A stretch of DNA of 64,000 nucleotides from Macrostomum lignano. Lineage: Eukaryota. Both the position numbers and the translations under genes were made by a program. Each line of letters begins with the position of its first letter. The stretch's first letter is position 1. Below, one piece after another: positions 1 through 12,884 of this stretch. The stretch covers positions 62,001 through 126,000 of the forward strand of contig NIVC01000428.1 of the NCBI GenBank assembly GCA_002269645.1, in the 5' to 3' direction. The notes under the pieces were generated by a model, which saw only the letters and a list, made by a program, of their open reading frames with translations, was not told the origin of the DNA and made no database searches.

Positions 1-618
1 TGAAGGTAGATAAGCACAGTGTGAGGGTAGATAAGCACAGTGTGGGGGTAGATAAGCACAGTGTGGGGGTAGATAAGCACAGTGTGAGGGTGGATAAGCA
101 CAGTGTGAGGGTAGATAAGCACAGTGTGAGGGTAGATAAGCACAGTGTGAGGGTAGATAAGCACAGTGTGAGGGTAGATAAGCACAGTGTGAGGGTAGAT
201 AAGCACAGAGTGAGGGTAGATAAGCACAGTGTGAGGGTGGATAAGCACAGTGTGAGGGTAGATAAGCACAGTGTGAGGGTAGATAAGCACAGTGTGAGGG
301 TAGATAAGCACAGTGTGAGGGTAGATAAACACAGTGTGAGGGTAGATAAGCACAGAGTGAGGGTAGATAAGCACAGTGTGAGGGTAGATAAGCACAGCGT
401 GAGGGTAGATAAGCACAGTGTGAGGGTGGATAAGCACAGTGTGAGAGTAGATAAGCACAGTGTGAGGGTGGATAAGCACAGTGTGAGGGTAGATAAGCAC
501 AGTGTGAGGGTAGATAAGCACAGTGTGAGGGTAGATAAGCACAGAGTGAGGGTAGATAAGCACAGTGTGAGGGTAGATAAGCACAGCGTGAGGGTAGATA
601 AGCACAGTGTGAGGGTAG
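1..618. repeat. 21-bp minisatellite (GTGAGGGTAGATAAGCACAGT)n, probably intronic to the lipoprotein gene
   Basis: About 29 near-identical tandem units; explains the spurious VRVDKHS ORF. Confidence 0.95.
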
Positions 619-1087
619 ACTTGGGAGCTGGGGGACAAAAAATACAAAAATATCACGCCTCAATGATTCGGATTTTTCAAAAATAATTTCCGACTAAAAT
701 TCCCAGTGAGCCGCCTGAGCCCTCCCACCACGACAGACTTGAAGAAGTTCTTAGCAAAGTGAATGAATATGTCATGCACACTCAACAGACAAAATCCAAG
801 GAAGGTCACAATAGAAAAACAATTCTGAGTCACGCATCACGTGCGGAACTCCCTGTAGTCGTGAAATTGAATTTTTGAAGCTGCCCGTGGAAATGATTGA
901 CAGCAGCGGTTGGTGCAGTTTAATCAGTCACTTGAAACAAGTCAAAATTATTCTTCGATCTATCATGCATACTTTGGATTATCTTTGCTGAGGGGGGGCA
1001 AAGAAGCTCCGACTCTCGCGACTCGAGCTCCGCAGCTCGCCCTGCTGAGATGGGGCGGCGGCAGCTCTGGGCAGGCGTTACAATCTG

Positions 1088-4000
1088 GTGAATTTTTATG
1101 AACTCAACTTTCAGGACTTCGTCAACAGGCGCCGCAGCAGAGGCAACTGGCAGGCCGAAGCCCTCGCCCTGGGCAACCTGGTCTACCGGGTCTGCCGGGA
1201 GCACCGGGGCTGCGGCACCGACCCGGCCGTGGCCAGAGTTGTCCGGTTTTTCTCCGACCAGCTCGGCTCCGAGGAGGCCTGCAGCCGCCTGCAGGTCGGC
1301 AGCTGCTACACCGCCGACGCCTTTGTCGCCCTGCTGGCCGTCGGCAACATGGGCCGCACTGGCGGCGGCGCCTCCGCCCTTGTAGGCTGCGCGGCCAATC
1401 CGCGCCTGGCGCTGGCGCACCGCGTCTTCGCGCTGCAATCGCTGCGCCGATTTGACTACGACAAGGACAACGAGGCCGGGGCCGGGGCGCGCGACCGGCT
1501 GGCGCGGCTGCTGCTGGATGGCGCGCTGGACGCAGAGCTGCGCATCGCCGCTTACCGGGCCCTAGCCGCGATCGGCCTGACCGGCCAACGCGCCGACAGC
1601 CTTCGCTCGGCCGTCCGGCGGCTGCTGACCAGCCCGAATGAGGACAGGCAAACCCAGCTGTTTGTCCGAACCCACCTGTCCGGACTGGCCGGCGGGGCCT
1701 CCGACCCGCTGCTGGACAAGGCCGCGGTGGCCGAAGCCGCAAAACTGCTTCAAGAAGCAGCAAAATCGGCGCCGGACATTGCGAAGGAGCTGGACAGGTT
1801 GAGCTGGCGCGAGTACTCCAGCGCCTGGCGCCTGCAGCACTTCAGCCACGACTGGGCAACCGGCGGGCGCATTGAAGCCTCGGTGGTGTTCTCGCCGCAG
1901 TCGGCAATCCCGCGGTACATCGGCCTCAACCTGACGCTCATCGACCCTGGCCGAGGCCGGCAGGTCAACGCGCTGGAGCTCGGCCTGCGCATCGAGGGCG
2001 TAGACGATGAGGCGCACGAGGCCTACAAGCTCTTCGCCCAGCGGTTCGGAGCGTCAAAATCCCCCGGCATGGACATCTTTCTCCGACGCAGGGTGCGCCG
2101 GCAGACGGTCGGGGTGGACCTGACCCCGGAGCAGGAGAGCCGGATGCAGGCGGCGCAGGAGCCCCGGGTGGACATTGTGGTGCGGCAGTCCGGGGCCGAG
2201 GTCTCCCACAGCACCGTCAGTGGCATCGGCCTGACAGCGCCGCTGCAGCTCCTGAAGAACATCGACTTCTCCACCATCAGGCAGTTGATGGAGGCGCTGC
2301 CGCAGTTTAAGAAGTTCTTCGACAGCAAAAGGTCATCAATGTCGGCTGGCGTCCTGTCGGAGGAGGCCGTGTCGCTGCCGACGATCTCTGGCGCGCCGCT
2401 GATTGTGAAGAGTTCGGCGCACTACCTCACCGAGCTGCGGCTGGACAAAGTGCTGGACCTGAGCTGGACCGGCAACTCCTCGGCCAGGCTAGAGCTGCGC
2501 CCCGTGGCCGCGCTGCGACAGTCGCGCACCGTCTCTGTTGACGCCCCGTTCGAGCGAATGGGCGTGCGGACCAACTTGAGCTTCCTGACGAACACGGGAC
2601 TGGGGCTGAGCCTGGAGAGGGCCCGGTCTGACGAGGCCGACAGCGACCAGACGATCTCGATGAAGCTGGAGCCCCTGGACAAGCGGCAGAGTCTGGCGGA
2701 CGCAAAAACTGACGCTGCGTTCTTCTGGCACGCGATCGGCGCAGACGGTGAAGCGACGCCGGTTGAGCAGCCGCTGGTGCCGTCGGAAGTAATGGAGCAG
2801 TCGGTGAGGTGCACCGACAACTTTATAAAGAAGCACTCGGGCCTGAAGCTCTGCGTGCAGTCCAAGAAGGTCTCGTCGGCTTCCTCCAGTTCAGCCAGCG
2901 GAGACACGGCAAGCCTTCTGAGCAGCCTGCGCCGCAGTCCGGGCAGCTTCCAGCTCTACCTGGAGAAGAACGACAGCCTTGGCGGATTCGAGCTCTATTT
3001 CCGGCAGAAGAGGCCGACTCCGCTTGACCCTGGCAACAACCGGCTTGAGCTGCTGATCGGGGATCGGAACTCGCCTGACCGCATGCTGAAGCTGGCGCTG
3101 CGCTCGTCCCGATCCACCGGCAGCTCCAGCTGGCGATTCGAACTGATCAACCCGGTGTTCCCGGTGTCCCTGTTCGCCCAGGTGACAAACTCGACTAGCG
3201 AGTCTCAGCTACAAGCGGACGTTCGAATCGGCTCGGTTGAGTACAAGGCGGAGGGCGCGGCGCAATGGGCATCGGCAGATTCGCCGCAGATGCGACTGGC
3301 CGGCAGTTTCTATCGCAAAGACAAAGTCAGGCAGCGGGTGGAGATTTCCCTGGCGCACCGGATGGATGGCCGCGTGCTGGTGCTGCTGCCGCGGGCCAGC
3401 ACCGCCTTTAACCTGACCCTGCAGAGCGGCAACCAGCTTCGCCTTCTGTACGACCTGCAGACAGCGGCCGCCAACTTCACCTGGAAGATCGCCTCCGAGT
3501 ACGCATCGCCCGCCGGGGTTCTGCACTCGGTGCAGTACCAGCTGAAGTACGAGAACAAGTTCAATAACAGCCGCAGGGACTACGGCGCCGTCATTTACGA
3601 CTTGGAGGTGAGGAATGCGGAGGGGCGGCGGGTCGGGCACAGCCTGCACGCCAAACTGCAGCGCAGCATCGACGCCATCAGCCGGGCCAACGTCAGCGTG
3701 CTGCACCAGCTGCGCCTCGGATCGGCGCTGCGACGCTCGCCGTTGGACTTCAAGCTGCAGGTCGGCCTTAGCGAGACCATCAACGGAGCGACGTTCAGCG
3801 CCGAGGGCAACGGCCAGCTGACCTACTACAGGAGGGACACCGGCCAGGAGGTGACCGCCAAGCTTGAGGGCCTGAGAGTGAGCATGGAAGAGAACTCGAA
3901 TATCGATCCCGTTGGTAGCCAGTCTCTGTACGAAATCAACTGCGGCCTGAGCTACGAAGGCTACAAGGCCAGCTACAAGGGGGTGCTGCGCTACCTGCCC

Positions 4001-5560
4001 AGGCGGTACTGGGAGAGGCTGCGCCAGGCTTTCGAGCTGCAGCTGGGCGCTCAGCTGCTTGACGGCAGCATTGGCTCGGAAGTGACGCACTACTGGCACT
4101 TGAAGAACTACGTTTTCATGCCCGACGGCGGCCGGCAGATTGCGAGCGCGCAGATTGCGCGGGTGGTTTACGCCAATGAGACCCTGCTTCACATCGACCA
4201 TCGGCTGAATCGCGAGAGCCCCCTCGCTGCCTTGAGACACGACCTGTTGGTGCAGAGCAAACTGATCTCCCAGCTCAAGCTGAACTCGAGCGTCTCTTTG
4301 GCCCAAGAAGGAATTATGAGCATTGATACTAGTTTGGAGTTCGGCTCCAGCCAGGTATTCCAATGCAAGCAAAAATTTGAGTACATCGGGCTCGAGGAGG
4401 ACCACCAGGTGAAGCACCGGGCGCAGCTGCTGTTGAAGAACTTGTACGTGCTGGAGTCGGACGCGCGGGTCAGTAGGGAGACGGCGGCGAGCCTGCTGCG
4501 GTTCCTGCTGTACCAGAGGCGCATTGTGGCTGGCCGCTACAATTTCCGCTACAGCTTGGCCCTGTTCGCCCGCTTCCTGGCTTCCATGCGGTTTAACGAG
4601 ACGTCGAGGCTCACAGGGCCGGAGCCGGACCGGCGGACCGTCCTGGAGAATGTCATCGACCTAGCGCAGACCAACGGCACCGTCTGGAAGAATCAGCTGA
4701 TGGCGCACTTTGATGGCTCGGAGGTGTTCAACTATGGCTTGCTACTGGAAAGGCAATCCAGAGATGAAGTGCAGAGACTGCGCGCCTTCCAAGTGGAGGC
4801 GTTCGGCTCCGGACAGTCGTTCAGGACGCGGCTTGAGGCTCGGATGAAGAGCAGCGCCTCGCAGGCCGAGACGAGGCTGAATCTGACGTCTGGAGACACC
4901 TGGGGCTGGCACCGCGTGGAGGCCGATACGGCGGTGCTCATTAAGGGTGAGCAGAGCCTCTCCTGGAGGGAGAACGCCGAGACTGAAGCCGCCTCTCAGT
5001 TGCATTTCGACACAAAGCTCACAGGCCACGTGTTAAATCGAAGAATCGATTCAAATGGAATGATTGGAATATGGAAGCAAATCAGCTCAACAGGTCGAGT
5101 ATTCCGAGTGACGAGTGCTGCTGGAACACCGAAAGCGAACGCCACTTTCAACTTGAAACTGCTGCGGTCGCCGGAGGTGCTGCAACTGACCAACTCGCTG
5201 ACCAACAGTCTGACGTTTCTGCCGTTCCGCCAGCTGGGAAGCACCATTGATGTCAAAAGTACACCGGGAACTTCTTATGCGTCACTTTTGTCCGAGTTCC
5301 AAGTGGACAACGATAAGGTTGCCTCGGCCAAGGCGTTGCATTCGCCAGCGGTCAGTCTGATCGACGTGAAGACGAAGCACTCGAATTTCCAGGAAATCAA
5401 GCTCAAGATCGGCCGAGAGCAGCTGACGGGGCTGGCGGGCGAGACGAATTTCACCGCCATAGCGAAATTCACGCCTTTGGCTGGAAGGTCGGTGCGAGGC
5501 AGTCCGGTATCGTCACTGCCAACACCAACCCGGCCAAATACAAGAGGCTGGTGTCGGTGA
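1088..5560 (+). CDS. Apolipophorin/ApoB-like large lipid transfer protein, giant internal exon part 1 (end of LLT module plus DUF1943-like region); 5' exons lie upstream of the window
   Basis: 1490-aa GC-rich ORF. LRIAAYRAL helix and the motif GGRIEASVVFSPQSAIPRYIGLNLT...NALELGLRIEG are typical of vitellogenin/apolipophorin/MTP proteins. Exact acceptor uncertain (about 1036-1075). Confidence 0.8.
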   Translation: MNFYELNFQDFVNRRRSRGNWQAEALALGNLVYRVCREHRGCGTDPAVARVVRFFSDQLGSEEACSRLQVGSCYTADAFVALLAVGNMGRTGGGASALVGCAANPRLALAHRVFALQSLRRFDYDKDNEAGAGARDRLARLLLDGALDAELRIAAYRALAAIGLTGQRADSLRSAVRRLLTSPNEDRQTQLFVRTHLSGLAGGASDPLLDKAAVAEAAKLLQEAAKSAPDIAKELDRLSWREYSSAWRLQHFSHDWATGGRIEASVVFSPQSAIPRYIGLNLTLIDPGRGRQVNALELGLRIEGVDDEAHEAYKLFAQRFGASKSPGMDIFLRRRVRRQTVGVDLTPEQESRMQAAQEPRVDIVVRQSGAEVSHSTVSGIGLTAPLQLLKNIDFSTIRQLMEALPQFKKFFDSKRSSMSAGVLSEEAVSLPTISGAPLIVKSSAHYLTELRLDKVLDLSWTGNSSARLELRPVAALRQSRTVSVDAPFERMGVRTNLSFLTNTGLGLSLERARSDEADSDQTISMKLEPLDKRQSLADAKTDAAFFWHAIGADGEATPVEQPLVPSEVMEQSVRCTDNFIKKHSGLKLCVQSKKVSSASSSSASGDTASLLSSLRRSPGSFQLYLEKNDSLGGFELYFRQKRPTPLDPGNNRLELLIGDRNSPDRMLKLALRSSRSTGSSSWRFELINPVFPVSLFAQVTNSTSESQLQADVRIGSVEYKAEGAAQWASADSPQMRLAGSFYRKDKVRQRVEISLAHRMDGRVLVLLPRASTAFNLTLQSGNQLRLLYDLQTAAANFTWKIASEYASPAGVLHSVQYQLKYENKFNNSRRDYGAVIYDLEVRNAEGRRVGHSLHAKLQRSIDAISRANVSVLHQLRLGSALRRSPLDFKLQVGLSETINGATFSAEGNGQLTYYRRDTGQEVTAKLEGLRVSMEENSNIDPVGSQSLYEINCGLSYEGYKASYKGVLRYLPRRYWERLRQAFELQLGAQLLDGSIGSEVTHYWHLKNYVFMPDGGRQIASAQIARVVYANETLLHIDHRLNRESPLAALRHDLLVQSKLISQLKLNSSVSLAQEGIMSIDTSLEFGSSQVFQCKQKFEYIGLEEDHQVKHRAQLLLKNLYVLESDARVSRETAASLLRFLLYQRRIVAGRYNFRYSLALFARFLASMRFNETSRLTGPEPDRRTVLENVIDLAQTNGTVWKNQLMAHFDGSEVFNYGLLLERQSRDEVQRLRAFQVEAFGSGQSFRTRLEARMKSSASQAETRLNLTSGDTWGWHRVEADTAVLIKGEQSLSWRENAETEAASQLHFDTKLTGHVLNRRIDSNGMIGIWKQISSTGRVFRVTSAAGTPKANATFNLKLLRSPEVLQLTNSLTNSLTFLPFRQLGSTIDVKSTPGTSYASLLSEFQVDNDKVASAKALHSPAVSLIDVKTKHSNFQEIKLKIGREQLTGLAGETNFTAIAKFTPLAGRSVRGSPVSSLPTPTRPNTRGWCR

Positions 5561-8559
5561 GGGGCGACCTGGAGCTCGTGGGTCTGGAGAACTACATTCA
5601 GAGGAAGCGATTCAATGGCGAGGCCCTGCTGCAGCTGAAGCACAGCAACGAGTTCGACCTGCTGTTCTCAGTGGCGACGCCGAGTCCAGCTGGCATTGAG
5701 CTGCCGCTGCTGCGTTTGTCCAGCAACTTCGAGTTCGCGCCGTTGCGAGCCGAGCTCAAACTGCGCACAGCCGGCAGCTCCGGCCGATTGCTCAGCTACG
5801 GAGCCCGAGTCGAGTTCGAGCCCAGCCGGAAGGCCAACGCGGATGTCGAGTTTGGAGAGCGAAGAGCGGAGCTGGGTTGGTCCCTGCAGCCCAGCCTGGG
5901 CGGAGCCGGCCGCTCTGCGCAGTTCCTGGCGAGGAACAGCTTCCTGGTGGCGCAGCCGGTCTTTGTTCACGGCGTTCTCAACTCCACCTGGCCGCTGAGA
6001 GCCGAGCCGCTCGAGGCCAGCATGGAGGTCAGGCTGAGCTCAACCAGATTCCCCGGGATGTCGATGCGGCTGGTGAACTACCTGGAGCGGAAGCTGGCTT
6101 TGCTGAGCATCATTGCTCAACCAGACAACTCAGTCACCGACGTCTTCAGGCTGAGCTACAATCAGAGCGCCGACGCCGAAGGCATCCGAGGCGACACCTT
6201 CGCCAAACTCGATCTCAGCTCATTCTCGGGAAACATTGCGACCCGCTCGGTCAGAGTCAACTATTTGTTCGGCGTTGAAAAGGAGCTGCACTTTGAGGCG
6301 AGTCAAGACTCGACGGCGATCCACACAGGAAGAATCCTCTGGTACTCGGAGCCGCGCCAAGTCGCAAGTGTCCGAGGGGTGGCCGAAGCCGCCGATTTCG
6401 TTGTTGCAATCAAATCGCAGCGAAGCTGGGCCGTCTATCTGGCCAGATCGCCCATCGCGGCCAGCCGATCCTCTGTGTGGCACCTGTCCTATGACCAGTT
6501 CAATGACGCGAATCAGCTGTCAACTCCGTTCTCCGCTAAGGTGGAAATTTCCGACCCGTGGAGCGTCAGAAACGGCGAGGTGAGCATCTACGAGAAGACG
6601 TTCGAGCTGAGGACGCACCCCGCTGGCGGCATTGAGCTGGTTGTGAAGACCGGAGCGCCCGTGCTCTACAGAGTTCTCTGGTCGTCGAGTGGCGACTCCG
6701 GCACCGCAGGTGACAAATCCATGCGACTGGAGATCCGAGTTGACGATTCGATCACCGTGGCAGAGATTGTGCGGCGGCCAGGCCAGGCGGTGGTCACCTA
6801 CGGCAGGCAGGACGCGCCCAACACTCTGACCGTTGCGTACACAGTCAGTGGCAACCGAATGAACCTCACAGTCAGTCACCGGGTCGACAGTCGAAGCTCC
6901 AGCGCTCAGATCCTGCCAGGAGTCACCGTGCCGCTGCCGGCCACTCCGTTCAGGCTGGCCGCGCAAAACCGAGGCGGTCTGAAGGGCGATTTCCAGCTGA
7001 GCCTGGCGTCCTCAGCGGCGGGCAGCCTGACCTACGGACACAGTCTCAGTCGCCTACCGCGGGCTCTGAGCGCCAGGGCGAACCTGACAGGGCCGCGGGG
7101 CGACAGTCTGTGGCAGCTGAGCGCCGACCTGGACCGCGGCGAGAGGATCGCGGAGATTCGGACCAGCCTGAACGGCGTGTTTCACTTCGTACTGGCGGAG
7201 CAGCTGCTCCAGTTCCGATCCAGCGACGTGGCCGACCTGTCGCTGGCCTTTCCGAGCTTCCGAACGTCCAGAACGAATCAAGGAGGCGTCGGAGCAAAAG
7301 CGGTGTCCTTGAACCTGACGGTGCCGCTTCTCGGACTGCGCCGATCTGTGGAGCTGGCGGCTGAGCACCAGCTGGTTGAGAACGGGCGGAAGGTGGTGCT
7401 GAGCTACGGCCGGGCGGGAGCTGAGATGCTCAACGGCTATTTGACAGTCACAGAGCAGACGGACCATGGTGTCAACTTCAGTGTGGAAGCTCAGCTCACT
7501 TCCAACGCTGGATTGCTGTGGTCAGCAACAACTGTGAAGACTCAGATTTCAGCTGGAATGCTAAGGGGCGAAGACAACTACACCATGGCGTTCAGCAGCC
7601 GGGTGTTTGTGGATGGAATTGAGAACAGCGCCGTGACGGCTGGCCTGCTGGGCGGGTCGGGCGGCTGGCCCAGCCGGCCCAGCCGGGGCAGCGCTCGAGC
7701 CGCGGGCTTCACCGACTGGGAGGTCGGCTTCGACCTGTCCCGGCCGGACGGCTCTAAGTCCCTCGGCGGCAGGCTGGTCAGGTGGGCGGGCGCTCAGGTC
7801 GGACCTTACTCGGCCAATGCGAGTCTCGGCTCAACAAGCCAGCCCGGCGGTCGCGACTTCCGCTTCGAAACTGAGAGCCCACAGCGTCACTTCGTGGTTG
7901 CCAAGGAGTTCGACCCGACCCTGGACAGGAAGAGTCTGAAATTCTTCATCAACAGGCGACTCAACCACGGCCTGGTGGTGGCTCTTCAACGAGGACCGGA
8001 GCCGCAGCAGAGAGCGCTGGAGTTCGAATTGCCGACCCGACTGATTCGAATCGAAATTTGGCCGCTTCAGAACCGGTCGGAGTCGTCCAGCGGTCTCGGC
8101 GTCCGCCTAGCCTGGGACGCCGCGCGAGCGCCCGACAGAGAGATCCGCCTCGACCTGATGGCCGGCAGCGAGGGCTCCGTCTGGGCCGCGTCGGCGACAT
8201 GCGAGGCGCCGTTTCTGCTCAACCGGATGACGCTGGAGCTGACGCTGGAGGACGGTGTCGGCCGCTCCGCACTGGTGCTCCGACAGCTGGCCGGCGACCG
8301 GGAGACGGCGCGAGCCCAGGTCGGCTTCGAGCGTCAGTTGCGTCGAATCGACCTGCGGACCAGCGGCCCGACGGTGGGCGACGGCGCCAGCTCGCGGCTG
8401 AGCGCGACGGTCGAGATGGACGGCGACTCTCTGGACGACGAATCTCGCCGTCGCCGTCTTCGCCTGTTCCTGGGCGACGTGCGGATCGAAGTGCCGTCGC
8501 ATGGCGTCAACAAGTCGTTTAAGTTTGTCTACCGGCCGATGCGAGAGTTCACCTGCGCG
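5551..8559 (+). CDS. Apolipophorin-like protein, giant exon part 2 (beta-strand-rich region), in a different frame from part 1
   Basis: ORF 5551-8631; this frame is open from 5317. Donor GCG|GTGAGT at 8559/8560. Same composition as part 1. Confidence 0.75.
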
Positions 8560-8754
8560 GTGAGTTTTGAATTGGATTGCTGGATCAGGCCAGGCTTCCA
8601 AGGCCGATTGCCGATATGTATCGAAAAATAGTTTTCAACAAAAACTTTGGCCAGGAATCGGTCTTAAACTGCTTCAGCTTATGATTGGTTCTCCTTTTTG
8701 GGAGCTGTCTGGTGAAGCATGCAAAGATTCGGGAGAAGAGACTGGAATGACAGA

Positions 8755-9900
8755 GAAAAGAGTAGAATGACAGAGAAGAGTTTTGAATGAGAAGAGAGGA
8801 GATTAGAATGAGAAGAGAAGAGATTTGAATGAGAAGAGAAGAGATTAGAATGAGAAGAGAAGAGATTAGAATGACAGAGAAGAGATTAGAATGACAGAGA
8901 AGAGATTAGAATGAGAAGAGAAGAGATTAGAATGAGAGACAAGAGATTAGAATGACAGAGAAGAGATTAGAATGAGAAGAGAAGAGATTAGAATGAGAGA
9001 CAAGAGATTAGAATGACAGAGAAGAGATTAGAATGACAGAGAAGAGAATAGAATGACAGAGAAGAGATTAGAATGGGAGAGAAGAGATTAGAATGACAGA
9101 GAAGAGATTAGAATGAGAGACAAGAGATTAGAATGAGAGAGAAGAGATTAGAAAGAGAAAGAAGAGATTAGAATGACAGAGAAGAGATTAGAATGTCAGA
9201 GAAGAGATTAGAATGAGAGAGAATAGATTGGAATGAGAGAGAAGAGATTAGAATGAGAGAGAAGAGATTAGAATGAGAGAGAAGAGATTAGAATGAGAGA
9301 GAAGAGATAAGAATGAGAGACAAGAGATTAGAAAGAGAAAGAAGAGATTAGAATGAGAGAGAAGAGATTCGAATGAGAGAGAAGAGATTAGAATGACAGA
9401 GAAGAGATTAGAATGACAGAGAAGAGATTAGAATGACAGAGAAGAGATTAGAATGACAGAAAAGAGATTAGAATGAGAGACAAGAGATTAGAAAGAGAAA
9501 GAAGATATTAGAATGAGAAGAGAAGAGATTAGAATGAGAGAGAAGAGATAAGAATGAGAAGAGAAGAGATTAGAATGACAAAGAAGAGATTAGAATGACA
9601 GAGAAGAGATTAGAATGACAGAGAAGAGATTAGAATGACAGAAAAGAGATTAGAATGAGAGAGAAGAGATAAGAATGAGAAGAGAAGAGATTAGAATGAC
9701 AGAAAAGAGATTAGAATGAGAGAGAAGAGATAAGAATGAGAAGAGAAGAGATTAGAATGACAGAGAAGAGATTAGAATGACAGAGAAGAGATTAGAATGA
9801 CAGAAAAGAGATTAGAATGAGAGAGAATCGATTAGAAAGAGAAAGAAGATATTAGAAAGAGAAAGAAGATATTAGAAAGAGAAAGAAGAGATTAGAATGA
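8755..9900. repeat. 20-21-bp purine-rich minisatellite (GAATGACAGAGAAGAGATTA)n, intronic
   Basis: Direct tandem units. Confidence 0.95.
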
Positions 9901-10150
9901 GCGATAGAAAGAAGATGCTGTGAAGGAGAGAGAAGGTAAATGAAAAATATCGATAAGTTTCATTTCTTATTTAGCTAGATTCCACTCCAATGAACATCAT
10001 AGGTCAGTCTTACACAGCAGGCAGGTTCCTTAATTAAAGATTTTGATTCCTGGAAAATGGCAAATTTTGATTTGAAGAAAACTAAATTTTGGGCGTGTCC
10101 GTAGACAGGAGAAATCGAGTAAGTCTAAAAATAGCCTCTCCTGCGCCCAG

Positions 10151-10609
10151 GGCGATAACGGGTCTGCCATCAGCCTGAGGTTCGCTCCCGGCCAACGGCT
10201 GGACCGCTTCACCGTCTTCGCCTCCGGCAACGACCGCCAGGCCGCCCGTCTGGACGCCGTCTTGGACAAGCGGAGGAGCCGTCTGACCGCCGCCTTGGAC
10301 ACCGGACTGGGCGGCTTCGACTTCCCCGCCGACCTTCGAGCGAGTCGCCGATTCGGCGGCGGCAGCGGCGGCCCCGGCTTTCGGCCAAACGCCACGCTGG
10401 TCTTCGCCTCGGCCGGCGTCTCGGACGATGGCCGGCGAGCTCACGCAGCAGTTCTAGTCGGCCGGATGCGGTTCGGACAGTGGCCGGACCCGGCCGAGCC
10501 AGCCTCGGTGCCGGCCGGTCTGAACCTGTTCTCACTGGGGCTGCGGCTGCACGGCAACAACTCGGTGGAGGGCAGCAGCGCCTGGCGATCCGAACGGGTC
10601 GATGGAGTC
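10151..10609 (+). CDS. Apolipophorin-like protein, internal exon (153 codons, phase 0/0)
   Basis: Acceptor gcccag|GGC, donor GTC|gtgagt; GC-rich open frame GDNGSAISLRF...RVDGV; phases fit both neighbouring exons. Confidence 0.75.
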
Positions 10610-10734
10610 GTGAGTTCGAATCCGCCTCTCTGTGTGTGTGATCGGTCTGGTCTCAGTTTAGCTTGTTTGATAGCTAATTGAACGCATCTCATCTCTGGCA
10701 TGCAGTGCTAGACCATCTCAACCGGTCCTGAACC

Positions 10735-12425
10735 ATCTTGAATGCTCCCATCTCACCCTGAATGCTCCCATCTCACCCTGAATGCTCCCATCTCACCTGA
10801 ACCCATCTCTCCCTGCATCTCACCTTGAATACTCCCGTTTCACCCTGAATACTCCATCTCACCCTAAATGCTCCCATCTCACCCTAAATGCTCCCATCTC
10901 ACCCTGAATGCTCCCATCTCACCCTGAATGCTCCCATCTCACCCTGAATGCTCCCATCTCACCCTGAATGCTCCCATGTCACCCTGACTGCTCCCATCTC
11001 ACCCTGAATGCTCCCATGTCACCCTGAATGCTCCCATCTCACCCTGAATGCTCCCATGTCACCCTGACTGCTCCCATCTCACCCTGAATGCTCCCATCTC
11101 ACCCTGAATGCTCCCATCTCACCCTGAATGCTCCCATCTCACCCTGAACCCATCTCTCCCTGCATCTCACCTTGAATGCTCCCATCTCACCCTGAATGCT
11201 CCCATCTCACCCTGAATGCTCCCATCTCACCCTGAATGCTCCCATCTCACCCTGAATGCTCCCATCTCACCCTGAATGCTCCCATGTCACCCTGACTGCT
11301 CCCATCTCACCCTGAATGCTCCCATCTCACCCTGAATGCTCCCATGTCACCCTGACTGCTCCCATCTCACCCTAAATGCTTCCATCTCACCCTGAATGCT
11401 GCCATCTCACCCTGAATGCTCCCATCTCACCCTGAATGCTCCCATCTCACCCTGAATGCTCCCATCTCACCCTGAATGCTCCCATGTCACCCTGACTGCT
11501 CCCATCTCACCCTGAATGCTCCCATCTCACCCTGAATGCTCCCATCTCACCCTGAATGCTCCCATGTCACCTTGAATGCTCCCATCTCACCCTGAATGCT
11601 CCCATCTCACCCTGAATGCTCCCATCTCACCCTGAATACTCTCATCTCACTTTGAATGCTCCCATCTCACCCTAAATGCTCCCATCTCACCCTGAATGCT
11701 GCCATCTCACCCTGAATGCTCCCATCTCACCCTGAATGCTCCCATCTCACCCTGAATGCTCCCATGTCACCTTGAATGCTCCCATCTCACCCTGAATGCT
11801 CCCATCTCACCCTGAATGCTCCCATCTCACCCTGACTGCTCCCATCTCACCCTGAATGCTCCCATCTCACCCTAAATGCTCCCATCTCACCCTGAATGCT
11901 GCCATCTCACCCTGAATGCTGCCATCTCACCCTGAATGCTCTCATCTCACCCTGAATGCTCTCATCTCACCCTGAATGCTCAAATCTCACCCTGAATGCT
12001 GCCATCTCACCCTGAATGCTCCCATCTCACCCTGAATGCTCTTATCTCACTGTGAATGCTCCCATCGCACTTTGAATGCTCCCATCTCACCGTGAATGCT
12101 CCCATCTCACCGTGAATGCTCCCATGTCACCCTAAATGCTCCCATCTCACCGTGAATGCTCCCATCTCACCCTAAATGCTCCCATCTCACCGTGAATGCT
12201 CCCATGTCACCCTAAATGCTCCCATCTCACCCTGAATGCTCCCATGTCACCCTAAATGCTCCCATCTCACCCTAAATACTCCCATCTCACCTTGAATGCT
12301 CCTATCTCACTTTGAATGCTCCCATCTCATCCTGAATACTCTCATCTCACCTTGAATGCTCCTATCTCACTTTGAATGCTCCCATCTCACTTTGAATGCT
12401 CCCATCTCACGCTAAATGCTCCCAA
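10735..12425. repeat. 20-bp minisatellite (CACCCTGAATGCTCCCATCT)n, intronic
   Basis: About 80 tandem units. Confidence 0.95.
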
Positions 12426-12884
12426 GATACTCATATCTAATCTAGAACTAGAATACACCAATATGATCTAGAATACTCCAATCTCATCTCTCAAAACACT
12501 CCTATCTCATCAAAATTAGCAATAAAAAAGTGACAGGTCAACTGCTCTAACAACTAAACGCAGTTACAGTGAGCACACAAAGTTCGATCGAATTCAGCTT
12601 CGATAATAATAAATGATAATTTATACTTTTACGCCCACTAAAAGGACCAGGTGGTGCAGTCAGCCTACAATCAGCTTACATACAAAATCCCACAAATTAG
12701 TGAGCAGGCTGTGAAGTCAGCCGCAGTTTCATACCTGCGCAAAATTTAATTCCCCCGTGCAAGCAAAATGCGCTTCGCCTCGGCCCCCCTGACGTTCCGC
12801 GGAATCCTTCCCACGCACTGCAATGACTTGATGGAGAGAGCAGTTCGAAACTTAAATGAATGAAGTAACTTCTCGTAATTACAA

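Noticed and set aside
21-686. 221-aa VRVDKHS-repeat ORF
   Set aside because: Translation of a 21-bp minisatellite with no unique coding content
3209-4417. 402-aa antisense ORF and many other 60-250-aa shadow ORFs over the lipoprotein, zinc-finger and mariner genes
   Set aside because: Expected by-product of GC-rich codon usage; no motifs
5317-5557. Programmed -1 ribosomal frameshift in the lipoprotein gene
   Set aside because: No XXXYYYZ slippery heptamer found in the overlap; an indel is simpler
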